A DNA stretch of 20,435 bases from a bacterium (GTDB lineage: Bacteria > SAR324 > NAC60-12): positions 1 through 20,435 of the forward strand of contig CBDDTI010000012.1 in assembly GCA_965233585.1 (NCBI GenBank), in the 5' to 3' direction. A program made the position numbers and the translations under genes. The notes under the pieces were generated by a model. It saw nothing but the letters and a program-made list of their open reading frames with translations. It was not told the DNA's origin and did not search any database. Every line of letters begins with the position of its first letter. Position 1 is the first letter of the stretch. Positions 1 through 8,500 of this stretch are shown here, piece after piece.

Positions 1-1250
1 CAAACAATTTTGATTCTATTCAGGTTGGCAGTAGACTGAACATAAGATGTCCGCTGCCCTGACCTTTGCCCGCTAAAGTTGTGGAAGGGCTGTGTATTTT
101 CATATTGTCTCCATTGTCTCCATTCAATATATTTTTCAGAGGGGTTGGTGGAATTGATCCCAAGAATGAAGACAAGTTGAAACTAATATCCGCTTCAAAA
201 TATATTGTAGCGACGGGTGATCCCTGAAGAGTTTTGTGGTGGGCGAATGTCGTTGGAGATCTCAAGAGATGCAATTTGAAACAAAAAAAATCCAACGGAC
301 ACCATTTGAACCCAACGGAAGTTTGAATTTCGCATGCGCTGCTGGGACATGGCAAAGCAGAAAAGTGTCGAACTTAGAAGGCTGCCACAGTGTGACAGTG
401 TGACCCACTTTGCATTCGAATTACCATGAACGACGTTTGTTGAAAGATGCTGCATAGTACACAGGTGATGCAATTCAATCCGCAGAACTTCAGCATGTCC
501 CACATTTCGCAGCTGGAGAAGAGCAAGTACATGGTACGGCGGTACGGGGCCAAGAATTGACATAGTTATCATAGTTGCCTTTGCAAAAATCCACTGTGTG
601 ATCTGTGTGGCCAATGTTTGGGAATCACCATGTAGAGTATGGACGCAGTCTTAATGCAGAAGAGATTCAGTGTGGATCCATCCAACTCATTCCCTCTGAG
701 ATCCATCTGAGATTTCTATAGATTTCTCAGTTTCTTTCCACGCTTTGGACAAGTTGACAACAGATATTTGATCAACGGACCAGACCACATCCATTTGCAG
801 TGAAGACTTGCACTTGGTGTTTTTCGATTAAAGTTCTTGCCCTGCAGATTTCTGGCCAAAACAACACGGTTTCACCCTGTGAAAAAGATGCGGAGGAAAC
901 CCTCGTTTTCGAAGATCGTCCCAGCACCTGAAGGCCATGAGCCGCCGCTGGGCGAAGATCCAGCGGCGAAGTTTGAACGGATCCAACTTCTTTTGCAGTC
1001 GCTGCAGGAGGATGTAAAGTTTGAGCATGGTGATCGGATCAACTCAGTGGCTTGGAGCCCAGATGGGAAAAAGGTGGCCACGGCCTCTGAGGACAAAACC
1101 TGTCGCATCTTTGATGTGGAGGCCCAGATAGAGGATGCAAAGTTTGAGCATGGCGGTCTGGTCAACTCAGTGGCTTGGAGCCCAGATGGGAAAAAGGTGG
1201 CCACGGCCTCCAAGGACAAAACCTGTCGCATCTTTGATGTGGAGTCCCAG
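1..1250 (+). repeat. Segmental duplication, copy 1 (upstream region plus WD40 gene start)
   Basis: 1-740 aligns with 10115-10774 and 732-1250 aligns with 12841-13425, with small indels. Confidence 0.93.
465..560 (+). other. Possible terminal coding exon of an upstream gene (VMQFNPQNFSMSHISQLEKSKYMVRRYGAKN*)
   Basis: Preceded by a CAG|G acceptor and ends in TGA. It lies in the best-conserved, indel-free part of the duplicated flank (paralog 10549-10644). No family recognised. Confidence 0.3.
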
Positions 1251-3260
1251 ATAGAGGATGCAAAGTTTGAGCATGGCGATTGGGTCTACTCAGTGGCTTG
1301 GAGCCCAGATGGGAAAAAGGTGGCCACGGCCTCTCACGACAAAACCTGTCGCATCTTTGATGTGGAGTCTGAGAGAGAGGATGCAAAGTTTGAGCATGGC
1401 GATGAAGTCAACTCAGTGGCTTGGAGCCCAGATGGGAAAAAGGTGGCCACGGCCTCTGACGACAAAACCTGCCGCGTCTTTGATGTGGAGTCTGAGAGAG
1501 AGGATGCAAAGTTTGAGCATGGCGATTGGGTCTACTCAGTGGCTTGGAGCCCAGATGGGAAAAAGGTGGCCACGGCCTCTGACGACAAAACCTGCCGCAT
1601 CTTTGATGTGGAGTCTGAGAGAGAGGATGCAAAGTTTGAGCATGGCGATGAAGTCAACTCGGTGGCTTGGAGCCCAGATGGGAAAAAGGTGGCCACGGCC
1701 TCTGACGACAAAACCTGCCGCATCTTTGATGTGGAGTCCCAGATAGAGGATGCAAAGTTTGAGCATGGCGATTGGGTCTACTCAGTGGCTTGGAGCCCAG
1801 ATGGGAAAAAGGTGGCCACGGCCTCAAAGGATAAAACCTGTCGCATCTTTGATGTGGAGTCCCAGAGAGAGGATGCAAAGTTTGAGCATGGCGATAGGGT
1901 CAACTCAGTGGCTTGGAGCCCAGATGGGAAAAAGGTGGCCACGGCCTCTGAGGACAAAACCTGTCGCATCTTTGACGTGGAGTCCCAGAGAGAGGATGCA
2001 AAGTTTGAGCATGGCAGAGGGGTCAACTCAGTGGCTTGGAGCCCAGATGGGAAGAAGGTGGCCACGGCCTCTGAGGACAACACCTGTCGCATCTTTGACG
2101 TGGAGTCCCAGAGAGAGGATGCAAAGTTTGAGCATGGCAGAGGGGTCAACTCAGTGGCTTGGAGCCCAGATGGGACAAAGGTGGCCACAGCCTCTGAGGA
2201 CAAAACCTGCCGCATCTTTGATGTGGAGTCCCAGATAGAGGATGCAAAGTTTGAGCATGGCGATTGGGTCTACTCAGTGGCTTGGAGCCCAGATGGGAAA
2301 AAGGTGGCCACGGCCTCAAAGGATAAAACCTGTCGCATCTTTGATGTGGAGTCCCAGAGAGAGGATGCAAAGTTTGAGCATGGCGATTCGGTCATCTCAG
2401 TGGCTTGGAGCCCAGATGGGAAAAAGGTGGCCACGGCCTCTCACGGCAAAACCTGCCGCGTCTTTGATGTGGAGTCTGAGAGAGAGGATGCAAAGTTTGA
2501 GCATGGCGATTGGGTCTACTCAGTGGCTTGGAGCCCAGATGGGAAAAAGGTGGCCACGGCCTCTGACGACAAAACCTGCCGCATCTTTGATGTGGAGTCT
2601 GAGAGAGAGGATGCAAAGTTTGAGCATGGCAGAGGGGTCAACTCAGTGGCTTGGAGCCCAGATGGGAAAAAGGTGGCCACGGCCTCTGACGACAAAACCT
2701 GTCGCATCTTTGATGTGGAGTCCCAGAGAGAGGATGCAAAGTTTGAGCATGGCAGAGGGGTCAACTCAGTGGCTTGGAGCCCAGATGGGAAAAAGGTGGC
2801 CACGGCCTCTGACGACAAAACCTGTCGCATCTTTGATGTGGAGTCCCAGAGAGAGGATGCAAAGTTTGAGCATGGCGATAGGGTCAACTCAGTGGCTTGG
2901 AGCCCAGATGGGAAAGAGGTGGCCACGGCCTCTTACGACAAAACCTGTCGCATCTTTGATGTGGAGTCCCAGATAGAGGATGCAAAGTTTGAGCATGGCG
3001 ATAGGGTATTCTCAGTGGCTTGGAGCCCAGATGGGAAAAAGGTGGCCACGGCCTCTTACGACAAAACCTCTCGCATCTTTGATGTGGAGTCCCAGAGAGA
3101 GGATGCAAAGTTTGCGCATGGCGATTGGGTCATCTCAGTGGCTTGGAGCCCAGATGGGAAAAAGGTGGCCACGGCCTCAAAGGACAAAACCTGTCGCATC
3201 TGGTCCTACTGGCAACAGCCGCTGTCTTATACATCTATCTTTTGGAGGTCTTTTGATTAG
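888..3260 (+). CDS. N-terminal WD40 beta-propeller part (18 x 41-aa repeats) of a WD40-TRP-like channel gene
   Basis: First ATG at 888 (MRRKPSF...); the ORF track starts at a TTG at 837. Repeat consensus EDAKFEHGxxVxSVAWSPDGKKVATASxDKTCRIFDVESQR is a textbook WD40 repeat. Ends at TAG 3258-3260, after which the same frame stays open. Confidence 0.92.
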   Translation: MRRKPSFSKIVPAPEGHEPPLGEDPAAKFERIQLLLQSLQEDVKFEHGDRINSVAWSPDGKKVATASEDKTCRIFDVEAQIEDAKFEHGGLVNSVAWSPDGKKVATASKDKTCRIFDVESQIEDAKFEHGDWVYSVAWSPDGKKVATASHDKTCRIFDVESEREDAKFEHGDEVNSVAWSPDGKKVATASDDKTCRVFDVESEREDAKFEHGDWVYSVAWSPDGKKVATASDDKTCRIFDVESEREDAKFEHGDEVNSVAWSPDGKKVATASDDKTCRIFDVESQIEDAKFEHGDWVYSVAWSPDGKKVATASKDKTCRIFDVESQREDAKFEHGDRVNSVAWSPDGKKVATASEDKTCRIFDVESQREDAKFEHGRGVNSVAWSPDGKKVATASEDNTCRIFDVESQREDAKFEHGRGVNSVAWSPDGTKVATASEDKTCRIFDVESQIEDAKFEHGDWVYSVAWSPDGKKVATASKDKTCRIFDVESQREDAKFEHGDSVISVAWSPDGKKVATASHGKTCRVFDVESEREDAKFEHGDWVYSVAWSPDGKKVATASDDKTCRIFDVESEREDAKFEHGRGVNSVAWSPDGKKVATASDDKTCRIFDVESQREDAKFEHGRGVNSVAWSPDGKKVATASDDKTCRIFDVESQREDAKFEHGDRVNSVAWSPDGKEVATASYDKTCRIFDVESQIEDAKFEHGDRVFSVAWSPDGKKVATASYDKTSRIFDVESQREDAKFAHGDWVISVAWSPDGKKVATASKDKTCRIWSYWQQPLSYTSIFWRSFD
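1008..3203 (+). repeat. 18 tandem 123-bp coding repeats (WD40)
   Basis: GAGGATG(C/T)AAAGTTTG recurs every 123 bp (1008, 1131, 1254 ... 3099). Units are nearly identical outside a few codons. Confidence 0.97.
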
Positions 3261-5336
3261 CAGTCCATTGGTGTTCGCGATGAAATCCTCGATAGAATCT
3301 TGTTTAAAGGCAGGCTGAATGTGACTCTGTTCGGAGTCCTTTGCTATTGTCGGTGCTTCTACCTCAAAGGCTGGAACGTCCCAATGCCCCCACTCAAGGA
3401 GAAGGAGTTGCAGGAACTTGTGGAAGGGAAACGGCAGAAACCTGGGGACCTTTGGGAGCTTGTGTGCAGTGTAGATGCTGAAGGCATCAGTCCCATGAGC
3501 CTGGCAATTGAAAGTGGGAATGCGCAGTGGATGGCTGCATACATCAACAAAGACGCTTTGAGTTACTTGAGTTCTTGCCACGCAGGTGAGCAGAACTGGC
3601 TGAGCTACCAGACAAGGTGTAAGTACTTGATCAGTGCCAGCAGTGCCATTGCCAAATTGCTGTCAATCCAGGAGCTTGGCAGGTTGAGCGATCCACTGAG
3701 CGATCTGCTGAAGCTTTTCGTTTTGCCAGTGGAAAAAAATCCTTACAAATCCAATGGGCAGCCTGTGCTAAACCGGGGCAATGCAGCCATCCAGTTGCAC
3801 CCGCTCGTCTCTGAAACCATTTGGTGGCCACAAGGCTTTGAGGAATCCCAATTGCCCACGGATGCTGGATACAAGATCGAACTGGCAGCAGATATTTTTG
3901 TCCTGCCGCAAATTCTTTCGAGCGACTTTCTGGCACAGCTGTGCGAGCAGGATATCCCCGAGGATCCCGTGGCCGTATTCTCGTGCACTCCAATCATGGC
4001 CGCAACACAATTCAAGTGGCAAACATGGAAATGGTATTACTACGGTGAATGCATTGTGTACTCTCTTTTCCAATTTCTGTACATGTGGGTCACAGTGCAG
4101 GGCATTGATGCTTTGAGCACTTGCATCGATGCGGATGATGGAAATGAAACTGATGTGAGCGGTGAAGATGCAGCAGATGAAGCAGATTCCTCTTGCTTTC
4201 CAGCCCAAGTGCAGAAAGCGAAACTGGCAGTCACAAGTTTGGCGCTTTTGATTGTCCTCCGTGAGTGCAGAGAGCTGTATGCAGTGGCGCGTGAGCTGTA
4301 TCTACTGTATGCAGTGGCCGATGATCTCCCCGAGGCCAAAACAGTTCAAGGATCTAACCACTTGGCAAAACTTCACAAGTTGCACAACATAGCAGTTATA
4401 GCATTCAACAAGGCAATGAAGTTGTTTCTTTCTTGGTCCTTTACACAGATGACCATGCCAATCCTTGTCATTGTGAACGTTTGGTTCCAAGAGTTGCTGC
4501 CGTTGCAGCCCATTGTCGCATGCTGGTCCTGGCTCTATGTTCTGTACTTTCTTGGTGGGCTGGACACAACCGGGGCCTATGTTGGCATGCTGTGGGAAGT
4601 CATCAAAGATATGCGAAGTTTCTCTGTAGTCCTTGTAGTTGTGATTCTTGGACTTGGCCACGCATTCTCTTTGGCAGCCCACAACAGAGACACTTGGAAT
4701 CAGCTCCAGCGGGTATACCGCATGGGCATCATGGGTGACTTTGAAGTCGACGATTATAATGTGGATGGCTCAGACCTGGAACAGCATCATATGCTTTACC
4801 TTTTCTTCATTTTGATCACAGTGTCCATCACCGTCTCCATGCTGAACTTACTCATTGCTGTAATCTCTGACACTTACGATCGAGTTAATGAAAACATGAT
4901 ATCACGGCTGAATTGGGCAAAGGCATCCCGGATTGCCGAATTGGAACGAACCTACGGAAAACGCCGCATGTGTGGCTTCTTGATGATCCTTCAACCAGCT
5001 CATGGCTCGGACACAGCAGGTTGGCAAGGAACAGTTGCAACAATTCCAAAGAGAACTCATCAAATCCTACAAGGAGAGCTGAAGGACGTCAAAGATGCGA
5101 TTCCAAAGACCCATGAAATCCTGCACAGAGAGCTGGAAGACGTCAAAGGAGAGCTGAAAGCAGAGCTGAAAGATGTGAAAGATGCGCAAGGAGAGCTGAA
5201 AGGAGAACTCAAAGAAGTTCACAAATTCCTGGAAGACCTTTCAGACAAATTCAACGCCAACGCTGGGTCATCTGGATTCAGAAGGAATGAAGCTCCTGCC
5301 GCAGAGGACATGTTCGACGACGTAATTTTGGAGTAA
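3261..5336 (+). CDS. TRP-like (TRPA/TRPV-type) 6-TM cation channel domain with ankyrin-like remnant and C-terminal coiled coil; in-frame continuation of the WD40 ORF
   Basis: Ankyrin-like DAEGISPMSLAIESGNAQWMAAYI, pre-S1 P..AATQFKW and six hydrophobic segments. S4-S5 linker TGAYVGMLWEVIKDM, S5 ending LGHAFSL, pore YRMGIMGDFEVDDY, S6 MLNLLIAVISDTYDRV, TRP-helix-like WAKASRIAELE, and heptads ELKDVK. No stop between 3261 and the TTG at 3300. Confidence 0.88.
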   Translation, partial: QSIGVRDEILDRILFKGRLNVTLFGVLCYCRCFYLKGWNVPMPPLKEKELQELVEGKRQKPGDLWELVCSVDAEGISPMSLAIESGNAQWMAAYINKDALSYLSSCHAGEQNWLSYQTRCKYLISASSAIAKLLSIQELGRLSDPLSDLLKLFVLPVEKNPYKSNGQPVLNRGNAAIQLHPLVSETIWWPQGFEESQLPTDAGYKIELAADIFVLPQILSSDFLAQLCEQDIPEDPVAVFSCTPIMAATQFKWQTWKWYYYGECIVYSLFQFLYMWVTVQGIDALSTCIDADDGNETDVSGEDAADEADSSCFPAQVQKAKLAVTSLALLIVLRECRELYAVARELYLLYAVADDLPEAKTVQGSNHLAKLHKLHNIAVIAFNKAMKLFLSWSFTQMTMPILVIVNVWFQELLPLQPIVACWSWLYVLYFLGGLDTTGAYVGMLWEVIKDMRSFSVVLVVVILGLGHAFSLAAHNRDTWNQLQRVYRMGIMGDFEVDDYNVDGSDLEQHHMLYLFFILITVSITVSMLNLLIAVISDTYDRVNENMISRLNWAKASRIAELERTYGKRRMCGFLMILQPAHGSDTAGWQGTVATIPKRTHQILQGELKDVKDAIPKTHEILHRELEDVKGELKAELKDVKDAQGELKGELKEVHKFLEDLSDKFNANAGSSGFRRNEAPAAEDMFDDVILE

Positions 5337-5510
5337 AATGGCCGCACGATGCGCCAGCATACGCATGTTTGCAGCAACCTGTTTGCATCTTGTGTTCATA
5401 CAAATCAAGCAAAACCCTCTTGCTCTCACCGAAACTCCGAACTCTCATTGTTTCGTGCTGGTGAGGTAGGTATCTGCAGCAGAGTGATTGGGAGCGTTTT
5501 GATGTTGACC

Positions 5511-8500
5511 ATGGACCTTAAGAAGTTCGCGGCACGGATGCTCTTTATGTGTTGGGTTTCCCAGGTTGTGTGTGTTGGGTATGTGGGCAACTGCAAAAGC
5601 TGTGAGCCATCGTTAGTTCCAGTTTCCTCATATCCTCATTGACTTCGCACCGCTGCAGGAGGGTTGAGCATGGAGTAGTCACCTCCGATTCCTTCATTTT
5701 TCGACCTTGCATTGAATGTGACATCACCCAAACAAGGCACTACTTAGCACTACATACTTAGCAGACTTAGCACTTCTTGTTTGGGCCCTAGATGCATTGG
5801 CATCAAACTCAGCAATGCTTAGCAATGTTCAGCACATGAAAATCAAGTGCTTCAAAGTTGCATCATTGAGTTGGAGATACTTGGAAGATGCAGGGAATGC
5901 CTGAAAAACTCAATCTGGTCACCTGCAGATGGTGATGTTTCGGTTGGGGCAGCCTGGGGTGGGATGTTGAGGTGATGACGAGAAGTGCCAGCTACAGAGT
6001 CGAAAGACCTACTTCCGTGTTTGCTTCTGGAGCTCTCTCAAGCGCCCGGACAAGGTGGGAGCTTAAGGAACAGCCTGGCGCTCCGTTCGCGAATAGTTGA
6101 TGTTAAGAAATAGTTCTACGGAAAGTAGTCAGCAATTATCAAATTTATCAACAAATAATATGTTTGACAACGCTACGTATAATAAACACTACATAAGTTT
6201 AGATAACACTGTGTGTAATTATATATTTTTATATATAACACTACATTACACTAATGATGATTATAGAAATATACCAGAAATAAACTATATATATATACGT
6301 GATAATGATGATTATACAGCTAAAATAGATGATAATATCATCAGCCATGGCTTTCCTTTTCACCTTTTCGTCCTGAGCCGAGACTCAGGACGTTGTGATG
6401 AAAGTCGCTGGACAGTCCCTTGATCTGTTGAAGCGTCCGCCTGGCGAAGTCTTTGTCAAAAACCTTGAAAATCATCATGAATCCAATATGATCTAATTGT
6501 ATCTAATAATGATCCAATAATCCATTGCTCATCCATAATCATTAAAAGATAGTCATAAAATAATGATCCAATATTCATCCAAGAATAATTCAATAATAAT
6601 CCATTGTTCATTGTAGCAATGGTCATGCCATCAGCGAGTTTCCACGCATCGCTATCTTTGACCTGCAGCGGCACCCAGGGAGGCGGAAGCATCTCAGCAA
6701 CTTGCCGAAGGCTGTGCATCTCAAGGACGCGAGAAACGCGGTTGGGTTGGGGCAAAAACCTGTTTTGATGCTGATGAAAGATGATGAAAGATGGGTGGAT
6801 GATGAAAGATGATGAAAGTATGTTGTAAAAAAATGCATGTCAAGCTATACTTCCGAACTCTTCTGTACGGATTGGTGGATTGGCAGGACTGTCGCTTTTT
6901 GGGCTAAATGTTTTCCAGCCACTTGGAACTGCAGAACAGGTTGCGATTCAGCAGTGATAAATCCAGAGAGAACGCCTGTGGAACATGTGGAAACCATGGA
7001 AACCAAGGTGCTGCGTGAACTGGGAATCTGCACCAGCTAGCTGTGTCTTGTAGCCCACTGAGTTGTGCCGTTCAAGAAATCAATGGCCATTCCAGGATCC
7101 TAAATTGGAGGTACCTACCATATATAAGGCCTATGTAAGGCCTATGTAAGGGAATATCCCCACAAAATATGGCCTTATACGGTACAGTACCTCCAATTTA
7201 GAATCCTGGAATTCCTATTGAAGAAAAGCTTCTGGGAGAGAACCGCATTGTGACATGGAACGATCATGGAACAGATGATGTTGATGACACTGATGACATT
7301 CATGACATGATGATGTAGCTGCACATGATTTTGTGAAACGTGTGGCTTCCAAAGCTGAAAAGGTGTTGTTTGGTCAGAGACTCTCCATGGCGATTCTTCA
7401 CACATAAATCATACGGCATCACCAAACCCAGCGCGACGCGACGCGCCGACACGGTCTGCCCGTTCTAGGCATCTCCACTGAGCCGAGACATCGAAGACAT
7501 CACGGTTGAGGAGATGCTGACCGATGGGCTGTGGGGCAGAGATAAGAAATATGTGTCACAGTAAAATGATGCGGAATGTATATAGGACATTATAGGACTG
7601 TGTTAACCTATATCAATTCTGGGATCATCAGATGTTCGTTTTTAGCAAGTAGTGTATCTATTTATCTTGTTGATCCTCAATCGTCAAGTAACCAGGAGAC
7701 CGACTCCATTCGTGAGGTCAAGCAGGACATTAAGGCAAGAGTTGCCGAGGTGCCCCTGATGATGCGCGTTTCCGTTGGAATAAAAGGGGATGCCGAAAGA
7801 TCATAATATGACTTTTATGTCCATCCCATAATTCATAAAATCTATATAGCAAAAGAATCTATGTAGATATCTATAGAGATATCTTTGGAGATATCTAAAT
7901 CTTACCCAATATACCCTTGAATGTCAATGAAACATTCTTGCTATGAAACATGAAGTGAAACAGTTAGCCAGGTTCCATCCCCAGCAGGGAATCTGACAGG
8001 CTGACGAGCCCCTCTTTTACAACGGTGTAGAGCTGGCAGACGAAGATGCCACCCTGCTGGAGTACAACATCGCCGGCTCCCGAGTTTCCAACGGCAAATG
8101 ATGCTTGCCATGGGTTCTTGAAATATGGGAACATCGGGAACCCCAAATCCTAACATTTAGTGATTTTAGTGGCGATTTCATGGGCTTCCCCAATGGTTTT
8201 TTGGTAGTTGTGGTAAAACCATAGAAAACCCGGAAGTTTGAGAAACACAGATTGGTGGCAGATTGCTGATGTTCACCTGAGGTCCCCGACGACTGTCCTG
8301 GTGGTCCAGTGATCCATTTGGGCGGAGCGCCCTGGAGATCTTTTGATCTGGAGCCAGTGCCCCAGTGCCAGGGATATTTGATTCATGAGTCAATGATACA
8401 GAGATGATTAGATGTATGAAATGTATGAATAAATCAAAGGCGCAGGATTTTATATTCGATTCATCGATGATTCATTGATGGATATTCCATGTCAATCATG

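Noticed and set aside
195..614. Minus-strand ORFs 195-614 and 10336-10749
   Set aside because: Non-ATG starts, C-terminal parts disrupted by indels between copies, opposite to the local gene orientation and no recognisable domain.
1008..3203. DGR-like adenine-directed mutagenesis (AAC to TAC/ATC/TTC pattern)
   Set aside because: Most adenines in the repeat are invariant, and no reverse transcriptase or template repeat is present. Selection on codon positions 1-2 explains the pattern.
872..3318. Many alternate-frame and antisense ORFs over the WD40 array (also 13026-13953)
   Set aside because: They are shadows of the 123-bp in-frame repeat with no independent protein signal.
5727..5785. 10-bp inverted repeat CCCAAACAAG/CTTGTTTGGG enclosing ACTTAGCA repeats
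   Set aside because: Too short, and no target duplication is present, so it cannot be called an element.
6097..6838. AT-rich ORFs and ATCCAATAAT / GATGAAAGAT simple repeats
   Set aside because: Low-complexity intron sequence of the UBL gene.
6940..7007. Possible extra or mutually exclusive exon (CDSAVINPERTPVEHVETMETK) with the same phases as 6679-6725
   Set aside because: It cannot be added in series without breaking frame and fits the ubiquitin beta-1 strand worse. It is unsupported without RNA data.
8333..8347. TGGAGATCTTTTGAT (WRSFD) nearly identical to 3243-3257 just before the TAG
   Set aside because: A 14/15 match with no flanking homology, which is compatible with chance.
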